This document shows, in pieces, positions 47,401 to 56,121 of a DNA stretch of 64,000 nt. Source of the DNA: an uncultured Anaerolineaceae bacterium (GTDB taxonomy: Bacteria > Chloroflexota > Anaerolineae > Anaerolineales > UBA4823); assembly GCA_964486825.1 (NCBI GenBank), contig CAZAQS010000001.1, positions 4,386-68,385 of the forward strand. The letters are read 5' to 3'. The position numbers and the translations under genes were made by a program. The number at the start of each line of letters is the position of its first letter. Positions within the stretch are counted from its first letter, which is position 1. The notes beneath the pieces are model-generated. The model saw only the letters and a program-made list of their open reading frames with translations. It searched no databases and was not told where the DNA came from.

Positions 47401-50400
47401 CTGGAAATCCGCGCTTCCTACCAGGGAATAACGTGGGATATATTCCGGAGGGAAATATGGCTGGTCGGCCTCCTGCCGTATCCAGGTCACTTTTTGGAAC
47501 TCAGCCCGCAAGGGTTTCGCACCAGCGGGAATCCCCTCCCAATCTGCTACCACCACCTCAAAACCAGCCTGCTGCTCCGCTCGAGCAGTCCAGGTATCTG
47601 GTTTTATACCGATGATGTAATCGGCAGGGTTAACCCGGGCGCTGGCGCGCGCACTGACCGGCAGGCCGCTTTCATCCATTAAAGTTACCTCCAGGGTCAA
47701 GCGGTAACGCTCTAAAGCGCTGATGAATTGACCCGCTTGCACCGGAACATCCAGAGCCAACCTCCCATCCCGCCCCAGCACGGCATCTCCCTGGGAAACC
47801 TGGAAGCCCAATGGATCAAACCCGAACATAAACAGGCGCAAATAGGGGCTGAGCCAGTCAGTGTTCACCGGCCCTACCTGGTAACCGGGGAGAGAATAGA
47901 ACTGTGGAGCAGCGTAGACCGCCCAATGGATCTCCTGGTTCGAAGCGGGGGCGTCAAAGAAGTAGCGAGCGTTCACCATGGCAGATAGCTTTTCATCCGC
48001 CAGGATCTCATCTTTTTCAAACGACACCTGCAAGTTGATCTCTGGTTTGCGATAATCGGCGACTTTGAACCAAATCGCCTCGTAATCATCCCCCAGGCGG
48101 TAGTCGCCAGGCTGCGCTTCTGGGAGAAGGGTATACTCACCGTGGGCCGTGCCATATGCAGATAGGGGCAGATCGATAGCCGCCAGCTCCTGGCCTATCC
48201 CGTCGTAAACACGCAGGGTCTTGGAGGCCTGGCTCGGGAGCGTGTAGCGTCCAGCCTGGCTATTGCGAGAAACCAAGCGGAAATATACTGTATCCCCGGG
48301 CCGGTAAATGGGGCGATCGGTGTACAGGTAGGTTGTTTCGTTGGAGGTGTTGTAATCCATCAACAAGCCAAAATCCCAGGGATTGATGCCGAAGCTCCAA
48401 TTGGAAAGCGCAATGCTGAAATCTGGCTCGCCGGGTTGGCCCAGGACGGCATAGGTGGATGAGTAAGCTTGAGACAGCGGTTCGATGGCTGAACGGTATA
48501 TCCCCTCCTGGTCTGTGATCCCGCGCGCAATCACAGCTCCATTCTCATCATATACAGTAACAGGCGCGCCGGCAACTGGGGCCTGGTCACGCAAATCTAC
48601 GGCCCAGACGAAAACATCGCTATTGCTGCTCTTATAGGTCAGGTGGATATCGCTGGAGACCAACAAATAAGGACCGCCGTAATAATTTGCCCGCTCGATA
48701 TTTGTTTTTACATAATAAATCCCCGGGGCGAGCGGCTGGTCGTTCTGCGTAAGGGATACCTCAACTGCCTGGCTACGATTGGGAGTTATGCTGACGGGCT
48801 GCGTTAAGCTGTACATAAGGCGGGGTTGGTAGGTCTGGCGAATATCCCAACCATTCGGCCCGAGCATCAACAGGAAGTCCTCCAAAGGCACGCTCCCTAC
48901 AGCTACCTGGAGGGAAGAAATATTTGTGGCCTGGGCTATCAGGCTGTTATCCTGAGGGGTCAAGAAGAGCACATCCGACCCGAGGGCAACTTGCAGATCC
49001 GGATCGAGAGGTGAGGTGCTGAATTCCAATATGTATGGCTCTCCCATACGCTCACCCCAGGCATCCTCCAAGCGCTCGGATATGGTCAGGCTGTAGCTTG
49101 TAGCAGGGGCAAAATTCCCCCACAACATCAGGACCCGCTCCTCCATCAGGTAAGCGGTGAGGTCTGGCACCCTTGGAGAGATTGATAAGTAGGGGAGCAG
49201 ATCTACATCTGGTAATTGAGCAGTGAAATGAAGGGTGACTCCATTGTAGACCTGGTTCACACCACCTTGCACCGGTTCGGTCTCGAGCACACCTAGCGCC
49301 GGAGAGGTGGTAAAGCTGGATTGAAAGTCCTGGCCTAGCTCGGTACCGCCTCTGGCTTGCGTGGCAGCCGGCAGCAGCGCCGTGAAGCGGGTAAAGCGCG
49401 GGAAAAGACGGGTAGGTGTATAAGTGAACTCGGTTAAGTCCTCATTCCAGTCCATCCGTCCAGGAACGGTTTCACCATCCGGCCCTAGAAGGGAGAAATT
49501 AGCTATTAGGCTGTCGCTGTCCATGGGCTGGTTGAAAACCATCCGGATTTCCTGTTCCAGGCGTACGGCATTTGAAAATGGATCTGGTTCGATGGAAACC
49601 AGGCGCGGCTGCGCGGTCGTAAAAGACCAGGTAACAGGTTGGGCCGGGTCCTGCTCATCCCATCCTGAGAGCGGGCTGCCGTCCAAACCAGTAAGCTCCG
49701 GATTGAGACTTACCGTGTAGACCGTCCCGCCGGCCAGAGCTGGCTCGGGGTAGAAGATATAGGTGCTCGTGTTAACCCATTCTCCGTACCCGGCCGGCTC
49801 TGGGTCGCTGGGGGCGCTGATGCTGAAGGCGGTTAGAGGGTGGGCGCGCCCGTCAGTGGAAACAGCGCCCAGGGGAACTACAGGACGATTGAAGGAGGCC
49901 ACCACGGCGGAAGTAGGGTTGATGTCGATGGAGCCTGGTTCTGGCAAGGCTTGAGACAGCTCCAGGAAACCGACAGTTCGATAGGTAAGGGTGAGTGGAT
50001 TGAGCAGGCCCATACCTTTCTGAGAGCGGGCCGTAGAGCTAAGATTGATGGCCTGGAAGGTGGCCGGGGTGAAAGGCGAGTCGGGGGTAAAGGAGACGGC
50101 CGAATCGCTCTGCCAGTTGAAATGGCCGGATAAATACGGTTCCCCGCTCAAAGCCCCCTCCACGGAGGCAGTATCCATGGGCTGGTTAAAATATAGGGTG
50201 ATCGGCCCGTCAAGGGGCAATTCCGCTCCTGGTGGGGGATAGGCCTCGACCAGAGCGGGTGGAAGCGGCGTAGCTGGCGCTTTGGGTGCAGTGACCTCCG
50301 ATAACGTCTCACTGCTTGTATCCACCCCGGTAGGTGTAGGCGTTGGCGATCCCTGGAACACGCCTGGCAGGGAACAGGCCAGGGATACGATCAGCAGCAG

Positions 50401-50475
50401 GTTCAATACCGCCAGTAAGCTGAATCTCATGCTGCGCTGAGTCGGCGAGGTTTCTTCAGTTGGAATGGGTGACAT
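44437..50475 (-). CDS. bacterial alpha-2-macroglobulin family protein, thioester-less type
   Basis: About 2010 aa with a signal peptide (MRFSLLAVLNLLLIVSLAC), SbsA-type Ig domains, an MG-domain array, a bait-like region with Gly8 before RERFPDTAYW, and a TED-like domain. The thioester position reads FPYETNEQ where GC(G/L)EQ is expected. I prefer start ATG 50475, with GGAG 8 nt upstream. The ORF track extends to 50667. Confidence 0.8.
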   Translation of the reverse strand: MSPIPTEETSPTQRSMRFSLLAVLNLLLIVSLACSLPGVFQGSPTPTPTGVDTSSETLSEVTAPKAPATPLPPALVEAYPPPGAELPLDGPITLYFNQPMDTASVEGALSGEPYLSGHFNWQSDSAVSFTPDSPFTPATFQAINLSSTARSQKGMGLLNPLTLTYRTVGFLELSQALPEPGSIDINPTSAVVASFNRPVVPLGAVSTDGRAHPLTAFSISAPSDPEPAGYGEWVNTSTYIFYPEPALAGGTVYTVSLNPELTGLDGSPLSGWDEQDPAQPVTWSFTTAQPRLVSIEPDPFSNAVRLEQEIRMVFNQPMDSDSLIANFSLLGPDGETVPGRMDWNEDLTEFTYTPTRLFPRFTRFTALLPAATQARGGTELGQDFQSSFTTSPALGVLETEPVQGGVNQVYNGVTLHFTAQLPDVDLLPYLSISPRVPDLTAYLMEERVLMLWGNFAPATSYSLTISERLEDAWGERMGEPYILEFSTSPLDPDLQVALGSDVLFLTPQDNSLIAQATNISSLQVAVGSVPLEDFLLMLGPNGWDIRQTYQPRLMYSLTQPVSITPNRSQAVEVSLTQNDQPLAPGIYYVKTNIERANYYGGPYLLVSSDIHLTYKSSNSDVFVWAVDLRDQAPVAGAPVTVYDENGAVIARGITDQEGIYRSAIEPLSQAYSSTYAVLGQPGEPDFSIALSNWSFGINPWDFGLLMDYNTSNETTYLYTDRPIYRPGDTVYFRLVSRNSQAGRYTLPSQASKTLRVYDGIGQELAAIDLPLSAYGTAHGEYTLLPEAQPGDYRLGDDYEAIWFKVADYRKPEINLQVSFEKDEILADEKLSAMVNARYFFDAPASNQEIHWAVYAAPQFYSLPGYQVGPVNTDWLSPYLRLFMFGFDPLGFQVSQGDAVLGRDGRLALDVPVQAGQFISALERYRLTLEVTLMDESGLPVSARASARVNPADYIIGIKPDTWTARAEQQAGFEVVVADWEGIPAGAKPLRAEFQKVTWIRQEADQPYFPPEYIPRYSLVGSADFQTGSDGLARVAFTPPEAGTYQLDIHGDGARSEVLLWVGGPGTTLWPNLPNQRTHLTSSQPSYSPGETASVFIPNEMGMDTLALVTLEREEVLRYELITVAAAGSDYTFLVEESHIPNIYISVTLLGENDQGKPEFRQGYLNLSIDPSRKLLNVELLDIDRGTNLAETPALGPGEQLTIGLQVTDQAGQPVEGEFSLSVVDLAVLSLAEPNSPDILPALYGERPLGVRTGLGLAAYAHRRGLVGEGGGGGGGGEGMLPSVVRERFPDTAYWNATLITNANGEAQVTLALPDTLTTWRVQARGLSGATLVGEATADIVATKQLLVRPVTPRFLVRDDHVQLSAIVHNNTASELEVEVSLQATGVRVDDPTHSMQVVGVSPGGQARLDWWGTVLEAETASLVFSAVSGSLQDAARPAGGSIPILRYTSPMTFATSGILDNEGERLELVSLPRSFEPIGGKFDIELSPSLGAAILNGLSALERFPYETNEQIISRFLPNLETYRALQTFGIEAPELQSRLERNLDQGLARLVARQNQDGGWSWIGKGQSETYVSTYILFGLARARQNGIVVDEEVIKRAVEYVQAQMTAPDISTPTWQLDRLAFGHYVLALAGYGDLPGLTDLYERHDQLNPWAQAFLALSIDSLSPSDERVKSLLSDLQASAIRSATGAHWEMASQDFENLNSPIYNSAVVVYALSQREPAAQILPDALRYLMDHRQPGGCWSNSYETAWSLMAAIEVMKGTGELGGSYGFSAVLNGTLVANGQSGGSGTEVNSVTASIPLSSLYPRDPNGLNIRRDAGIGRLYYTASLQVDRPAENVAPLNRGLEISRAYYPHSRTCPLKDCEPIQEAEMGDVVTARVTFVLPNDVYYLMVEDYLPAGTEILDLSLKTSQLGQDTDLEWESEPQPQPLYDYRRPFDDGWGWWYFQGPQVYADHIAWSATYLPAGTYALTYDLVITHPGEFRVLPARAWEFYFPEVQGTSAGTVFEVANRR

Positions 50476-50721
50476 GGTACATCTCCACGCAAGGAGGGTA
50501 GGGTCTGGCCGGTGGTTTACTAAAAGGGGGAAACAGGGTTTCGTCGGTAATCGGTTGGCCATCAAGCACGACGGACCTGATACGCAAATCAAATATAAAC
50601 GCATTATACGTCGTTTCCAGTTCCTTGATAAGACGAAAAATGATGCATATATGTTCCTATTCAGCAAGTCTGGCGCTTCTCAAAGCCACCGATATGGCTT
50701 GATTTTGGTACAATACTTCCT

Positions 50722-52620
50722 ATGAGCACTGATACAGCAACCCGTAGACCTAATCTGCAACCACCTATGCCGCGCTTTGCACCTTTGCTGCAAGCCACAG
50801 TTGCCCTGTCGGCCGGGCTGGCCCTGTTCCTGGTATTGCTGGTCGGGTCAATGGTAGCATTCGATATGGCCAATGCCGGCAAAATCTTACCCGGCGTTTC
50901 CTTAGCAGGAATCGATTTATCCGGTCTGACTCCCGAGGAAGCCTCCAGCCTGGTAACCCAGCAGATCGCTTACCCGAACCAAGGAAGTATCGCTTTTCAG
51001 GATGGGGCAAACGTATGGGTGGCAAAACCAAGCGAGCTGGGATTGTTCCTGGATCCTCAAACCAGCGCTACGGCTGCCTACCAGAAAGGCCGGCAAGGCG
51101 ATCCGCTGGACCGGCTGTCTGCCCGCTTCCAGGCCTGGTACTCAGGTGTGGATATCCCCCCTTTGATGGTCTTCGACGAGCGCATAGCCCAGAAATATCT
51201 AAGGGGCATCGCGGCTGAGATCGACCTCCCAACCATTGAGGCTTCTCTATCAGTCAGCGGGACAGAGGTCGTGGTTCGGCCAGGCCAGGTAGGGCGTAGC
51301 CTGAATATCGATGCAGCCTTGCAGGAACTGAGGGAGCATATCCCTCGCATGACAGACGGGATCATCAATCTGCAGGTCCGGGAAACCCCACCGGTGATCC
51401 TGGACGTAAGCGAGCAAGCTGAAATTGCCCGGAGGATTTTGAGCGCGCCACTCGTATTGCAAGTCCCGAACGCTGAGGAGGGCGACCCTGATACCTGGAC
51501 CTTCGAGCCGGCGGTGCTGGCGGAGATGCTGGCGATCGAGAGGGTGGAGAACCCGGATGGGGCCCGCTACCAGGTGGCGCTGAACTCTGAGACGATGCGC
51601 CCCTTCCTGGAGGGAGTCGCTCCCCAACTGGCGCGCTGGCCTGAGAATGCACGCTTCATCTTCAATGACGAGACCCGCCAGCTTGAAGTGATCCAACCGG
51701 CTATCATCGGGCGGGAACTGGACGTAGATGAAACGCTTCAGAAAATCAACCAGAGAGTAGCGGAGGGAGATCATAACCTCGAGCTTGTGGTGAACTATAC
51801 GTCCCCACAAGTTAGCGACGATGTGGTTGGTGAAGACCTGGGAATCCGCGAGCTAGTAGCTTCGCATACCTCCTATTTCTACGGCTCCAGCGGCTCTCGC
51901 ATCCAGAATATCGAGGTGGCTGCCTCCCGCTTCCATGGGGTTATGGTACCGCCCGGAGCAACCTTTTCCATGGTGGATGTATTGGGTACGATCAGCCTGG
52001 ATGATGGGTATGCGGAGGCATTGATCATCTTTGGGGGCCGGACGATCCAAGGCGTCGGTGGTGGGGTCTGCCAGGTCAGCACGACCCTGTTCCGGACGGT
52101 CTTCTTCGGCGGTTTCCCGATCGTCGAACGACACCCCCACGCTTACCGTGTAGGATACTACGAGCAAACCTCCGGTGGGGGAATCAACCAGCGCCTGGCT
52201 GGCCTGGATGCGACCGTTTTCGTCCCAGTAGTCGATTTCAAGTTCAGCAATGACACCCCGCACTGGCTGCTGATGGAGACTTACACGAATCCCGGGGCGC
52301 GTACTTTAACCTGGAAGTTTTATTCCACCTCCGATGGGCGGACGGTGGAGTGGGATACCAGCGGCCCACGCAATGTAGTCGCGTCCCCCAAGCCATCTTA
52401 CGAAGAAAACCCGCAATTGGCTGCTGGGGAAGTCAAGCAGGTGGATTGGGAAGCAGAAGGAGCAGATGTGTCGGTTACGCGCACGGTGATGCGCGACGGG
52501 CAGGTCTATCTCACCGATACAATCAATACACACTATCTGCCCTGGCGTGCAGTTTACCAGTATGGTCCTGGTACGGATGGTATGCCGCCCGAAGGGTCCG
52601 ATGACAATCAAGAGGAATGA
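50722..52620 (+). CDS. VanW/YoaR-family protein with N-terminal TM anchor
   Basis: 632 aa with a VanW domain (GGGVCQVSTTLFRTVFFGGFPIVERHPHAYRVGYY). Confidence 0.75.
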   Translation: MSTDTATRRPNLQPPMPRFAPLLQATVALSAGLALFLVLLVGSMVAFDMANAGKILPGVSLAGIDLSGLTPEEASSLVTQQIAYPNQGSIAFQDGANVWVAKPSELGLFLDPQTSATAAYQKGRQGDPLDRLSARFQAWYSGVDIPPLMVFDERIAQKYLRGIAAEIDLPTIEASLSVSGTEVVVRPGQVGRSLNIDAALQELREHIPRMTDGIINLQVRETPPVILDVSEQAEIARRILSAPLVLQVPNAEEGDPDTWTFEPAVLAEMLAIERVENPDGARYQVALNSETMRPFLEGVAPQLARWPENARFIFNDETRQLEVIQPAIIGRELDVDETLQKINQRVAEGDHNLELVVNYTSPQVSDDVVGEDLGIRELVASHTSYFYGSSGSRIQNIEVAASRFHGVMVPPGATFSMVDVLGTISLDDGYAEALIIFGGRTIQGVGGGVCQVSTTLFRTVFFGGFPIVERHPHAYRVGYYEQTSGGGINQRLAGLDATVFVPVVDFKFSNDTPHWLLMETYTNPGARTLTWKFYSTSDGRTVEWDTSGPRNVVASPKPSYEENPQLAAGEVKQVDWEAEGADVSVTRTVMRDGQVYLTDTINTHYLPWRAVYQYGPGTDGMPPEGSDDNQEE

Positions 52621-52632
52621 AGGGAGAAGGAT

Positions 52633-52848
52633 ATGGTAAGTCAGGAACTGCTGGACATCCTACGCTGCCCGGCCTGCGTACGAGAAAAAGAGGGCTTGCT
52701 GGATTTCGTAGGAGGCGCCTGGCTGGTATGCCAGGTTTGCGGGCGTAAATACCCCATCCGGGACGATATTCCGGTGATGCTGATCGACGAAGGCGATAAA
52801 TGGCAGGCCACCCGGGTGGAGGACTTGCCCATCCCTCCCCCGAATTAG
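52633..52848 (+). CDS. Trm112/UPF0434 family zinc-ribbon protein
   Basis: 71 aa with LLDILRCPAC...CQVCGRKYPIRDDIPVMLIDE. Confidence 0.8.
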   Translation: MVSQELLDILRCPACVREKEGLLDFVGGAWLVCQVCGRKYPIRDDIPVMLIDEGDKWQATRVEDLPIPPPN

Positions 52849-52880
52849 GGAAATGACCTCCCACCACCTATCTTTGTGCT

Positions 52881-52961
52881 AAGCGAAGCGACAAAACCCG
52901 CCTTTGCGAGGAGCAGAACGACAGAATTCGCCTTTGCGAGGAGCGAAGCGACGAAGCAATC
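52881..52961. repeat. 2.5 tandem copies of a 30-nt unit (GAAGCGACAAAACCCGCCTTTGCGAGGAGC)
   Basis: Unit 1 is 52885-52914 and unit 2 is 52915-52944, with 24/30 identity. Partial unit 3 is 52945-52961. Confidence 0.8.
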
Positions 52962-52971
52962 TCCTAAACTT

Positions 52972-53547
52972 ATGAAAGACATCCAGGCCCAGATTCAAGC
53001 ATTAACCAGCGGAGACGAAAGGCGGGCTGAAGCAGCAGTTAAGGCACTGGCCCGTATCGGAAGAGCAGCCTTTCCGGCCGTCCAGGAACTGTTAGCCTCC
53101 CCGGATGCTGACACGCGCTGGTGGGCCACCTGGACGCTGGCCTCTTTCGAACACCCCGAAGCGCCTGAACTACTGCGCAAGCTATTGAAGGATACAGACC
53201 TGTCCGTCCGGCAGTGTGCAGCCCTGGCTTTGCGCGACCATCCTACCCCGGAAGCCATCCCGGCCCTGATCGAGCTTCTCAGCGATGGGGATAGCGTCCT
53301 GGTGCGTCTATCTGGCGCAGCCCTTACTGCAATCGGGAAGGAGGCGGTGCCTGCCTTGCTGGACCTCGTGCAGGAGGGCAGCCAGAAAGCGCGCCTGGAG
53401 GCCGTGCGCACCCTGGCAATGATCGGCGACGAGCGCGCCATCGCGACCCTGTTCGAAGTCTCCCAGGAAGATTCAGCCGTAATCGAGTATTGGGCCAACG
53501 AGGGCCTGGAGAGGCTCGGTATCGGCATGGTTTTCTTCAACCCCTGA
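52972..53547 (+). CDS. HEAT-repeat (PBS-lyase-type) protein
   Basis: Repeated D.RWWA/VR.AA.ALG motifs. I chose start ATG 52972. The ORF-track GTG 52876 would translate the tandem repeat. Confidence 0.6.
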   Translation: MKDIQAQIQALTSGDERRAEAAVKALARIGRAAFPAVQELLASPDADTRWWATWTLASFEHPEAPELLRKLLKDTDLSVRQCAALALRDHPTPEAIPALIELLSDGDSVLVRLSGAALTAIGKEAVPALLDLVQEGSQKARLEAVRTLAMIGDERAIATLFEVSQEDSAVIEYWANEGLERLGIGMVFFNP

Positions 53548-53558
53548 ACGCGGGACGC

Positions 53559-54056
53559 TCACCTCAGAAAGACCCACAAACCCCAGAAAAAGAACATCGC
53601 CAGTCCGATCCCAAAACGCACCAGGAAGGATAGTCCCCATCCGGTAGCCAGGCCACGCATAGAAGTGATAACTTTCGACCATTCTCCTACCCGCAGGTAT
53701 TCCAGGAGGAAAACCGTCAGCGGAGCAGCGATCAGCCCGCCGATGGGAGGCGCCAACAGGGTACCGGCAATACCAGCTACCATACCCAAGAGGATGGACC
53801 ACCAGGAAGCGCCGCCCCGGCGCGCCCCGACCCCCATCAGGACATTGTCAACCGTTATCCCCGCCAACATGAGCAGGGTGATCAGGATGAAGATGATCGT
53901 CCCAAGCGTCCCGAAGCTGACCAGCAGACCATACCCTAAAGCACCCAGCCAAATGACCACGATGCCAGGGAAGAGCGGGATCAACAGGCCAACCAGGCCG
54001 ATCAGCATGACCACCAGGGTAAGTCCGAAGATTGAGGCGTCCAGCAACGGTTCCAT
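53559..54056 (-). CDS. DUF456-family membrane protein
   Basis: 165 aa with 4 TM helices and an N-terminus typical of DUF456 (GLVGLLIPLFPG). Confidence 0.65.
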   Translation of the reverse strand: MEPLLDASIFGLTLVVMLIGLVGLLIPLFPGIVVIWLGALGYGLLVSFGTLGTIIFILITLLMLAGITVDNVLMGVGARRGGASWWSILLGMVAGIAGTLLAPPIGGLIAAPLTVFLLEYLRVGEWSKVITSMRGLATGWGLSFLVRFGIGLAMFFFWGLWVFLR

Positions 54057-54064
54057 AGGTTATG

Positions 54065-55345
54065 TTACTTGAGTTCAGCGCTGATGCGATCGATCCCGCC
54101 CATCCAGGGACGAAGCACCTCAGGGACCAGCACCGATCCGTCGGCCTGCTGGTAAGTTTCCAGCACTGCGATCAGCGTACGCGGCAGCCCCAATCCCGAG
54201 CCGTTCAAGGTGTGGACGAAGCGGGGTCGGCCTCCGCCTGCAGGCCGGTACTTCACATTGGCGCGGCGGGCCTGGAAATCGGTCACGTTCGAGAGCGAGG
54301 AGACTTCCAACCACTCTCCACAGCCGGGCGCCCAGGCTTCGATATCATAGGTGATCGACGAGCCAAAACCGAGGTCGCCGGTGCAGAGCTGCTTGACCCG
54401 GTAAGTCAGTCCAAGCTCCTGGCAGGTCTGCTCGGCGTTCTCGCGCATTTTTTCCAGCTCCTCGGCCGAATGCTCGGGTAAGCAGTACTTATACATCTCC
54501 ACCTTATCGAATTGGTGGCCGCGCTTGATGCCACGCACGTCTCGCCCCGCGCTCATCTTCTCCCGGCGGAAGCAGGGTGTGTAGGCGCAGTAATGCAGGG
54601 GCAGGCTGATCTCATCCAGGATTTCGTCCATATGCAGGCCGGTAAGGGGCACTTCGGCAGTCGGCACCATCCACAGGTCTTCCTCGTGGTCTTTGTACAG
54701 GTTGTCGTAAAACTTGGGCAACTGCCCGGCCGCGTACAGGGTCTGGCCCTTGACCATGAAGGGAGTGTACTTCTCCGTATACCCTTGCCGGATATGCAGA
54801 TCGAGCATCCACGAGATCAGGGCGCGCTGCAATCGGGCGCCAGGCCCGTTCAGGACGTAAAAACGCGAGCCGGTGATCTTGACACCCTGTTCGAAGTCGA
54901 TGATGCCCAAGGCGGGACCCAGGTCCCAGTGCGGGAGGGGCTCGAAATCGAACTCTGGGATGTCCTCCGAGACGCGCACCACCACATTCTCGTCCTCGTC
55001 CTTTCCATAAGGAGTTCTCGGGTCGGGGATATTCGGGATGGTAGCCAGCAAGTCGTTTAAGTCTGTCTCCAAAGCACGCAGACGCTCGTCCAAAGAGCTG
55101 ATCTGGTCCCCGACGGCGCGCATGGCATCGATCCTGGCTTGCCGCTCAGCGGGGTCCTTCATCCTGCTAATCTCTTTGGAGACCTGGTTGCGCTCAGCTT
55201 TAAGGTTCTCCACCTCCTGGATCAGCGTACGCCGCTGCTCATCCAGGCTGAGGATCTGGTCCACCGGCTCGGCCTCCATCTGTCTCACGCGCAGCGCCTC
55301 ACGGACGAGCTCGGGATTTTCACGAATCAAATTCAAATCTAACAT
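54065..55345 (-). CDS. serS: seryl-tRNA synthetase
   Basis: 426 aa counted from ATG 55345, with AGGAGGTG upstream. It has a coiled-coil N-domain and class II motifs. The 94 extra N-terminal residues in the ORF track are the T-box leader. Confidence 0.9.
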   Translation of the reverse strand: MLDLNLIRENPELVREALRVRQMEAEPVDQILSLDEQRRTLIQEVENLKAERNQVSKEISRMKDPAERQARIDAMRAVGDQISSLDERLRALETDLNDLLATIPNIPDPRTPYGKDEDENVVVRVSEDIPEFDFEPLPHWDLGPALGIIDFEQGVKITGSRFYVLNGPGARLQRALISWMLDLHIRQGYTEKYTPFMVKGQTLYAAGQLPKFYDNLYKDHEEDLWMVPTAEVPLTGLHMDEILDEISLPLHYCAYTPCFRREKMSAGRDVRGIKRGHQFDKVEMYKYCLPEHSAEELEKMRENAEQTCQELGLTYRVKQLCTGDLGFGSSITYDIEAWAPGCGEWLEVSSLSNVTDFQARRANVKYRPAGGGRPRFVHTLNGSGLGLPRTLIAVLETYQQADGSVLVPEVLRPWMGGIDRISAELK

Positions 55346-55696
55346 GGTTGCACCTCCTATGCGGCAATGAAAAGCCCCTCTCGCCAGCAGGACGAGGGGG
55401 GCGCTCGTGGTGCCACCTGCGTTTGCCATCCTGGCCTCTCCAAAATTGGGGAAAAGGCTTTGATGGCCTCTGAAGCGCTTTAACGGGCGCACCCGATCCC
55501 CTTTACAGAGAGCAGATTCAACGACCTGGCTCCCTCCTGCAGGGGCAACGGGCCTGAAGACAGGCAAACGAGCCTGTACAACGAGGCCGGCGGAGGGGAT
55601 TTCATCGCCCGACTTGCCACCTCGCACCGTCCGGCGGCTCTCTGGGAAGGGAGGCGATTACTTGTCTCCGCGCGCGTTCTTATGCTATGAAAAGAT
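55346..55696 (-). promoter_or_regulatory. T-box riboswitch leader (Ser specifier) with terminator
   Basis: On the minus strand: AGAGAG bulge (55643-55638), distal GGUGCGA, and a specifier loop AGUA.../GAAA-UCC-C (UCC at 55599-55597). The antiterminator is GCAGG[UGGCACC]ACGAG-loop-CUCGUCCUGC. The terminator is CCCCUCG...CGAGAGGGG + CUUUUC (55404-55369). Confidence 0.85.
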
Positions 55697-55702
55697 GCAG
55701 CG

Positions 55703-55730
55703 ATTATACCCGAGCGTAGAAGGCTGTCAA
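55703..55730 (-). promoter_or_regulatory. consensus promoter for the serS T-box leader (TTGACA-N16-TATAAT)
   Basis: On the minus strand, TTGACA is at 55730-55725 and TATAAT at 55708-55703. Confidence 0.7.
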
Positions 55731-55787
55731 GGTACTCCTGCACCAAATCCATTTCACCCATATCTGTCAAATTCTGGCGGATCGTTA

Positions 55788-56060
55788 TTATTGACCACCA
55801 GGTTCAGTATCATCAACGCGTTCCACCACAATGCTTGCTTTGGAGATTAACGCAGCAATAGCCCCTAATGCCGCCAATTGTGGGGCTACCAGAGCGCTTA
55901 CCACGCCCCAGGTGAGTGGAATTTCAAACAAGGTGCGGCCTTCCTCACTGCGAATGGATATACGCCGGATATTTCCCTGACGCACCAGTTCTTTGATTTT
56001 AGTAACCAGCTCTTCGCCATGGATCTGGAATTCTTCGGAATGGATTTTTTGTTCACTCAT
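55788..56060 (-). CDS. DUF4342 domain protein
   Basis: 90 aa. GNIRRISIRSEEGRTLFEIPLTWGVV is typical of DUF4342. Confidence 0.6.
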   Translation of the reverse strand: MSEQKIHSEEFQIHGEELVTKIKELVRQGNIRRISIRSEEGRTLFEIPLTWGVVSALVAPQLAALGAIAALISKASIVVERVDDTEPGGQ

Positions 56061-56121
56061 GTTACATCCTCCTTCGAAAATGAGGAATGACCAGTCAGCC
56101 TATATCCTAATCTAAGATTGC

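Noticed and set aside
50476-50667. 64-residue N-terminal extension of the A2M ORF.
   Set aside because: It has no signal-peptide character and no SD. ATG 50475 has GGAG 8 nt upstream and is followed shortly by the signal peptide. The extension region is better read as promoter and UTR.
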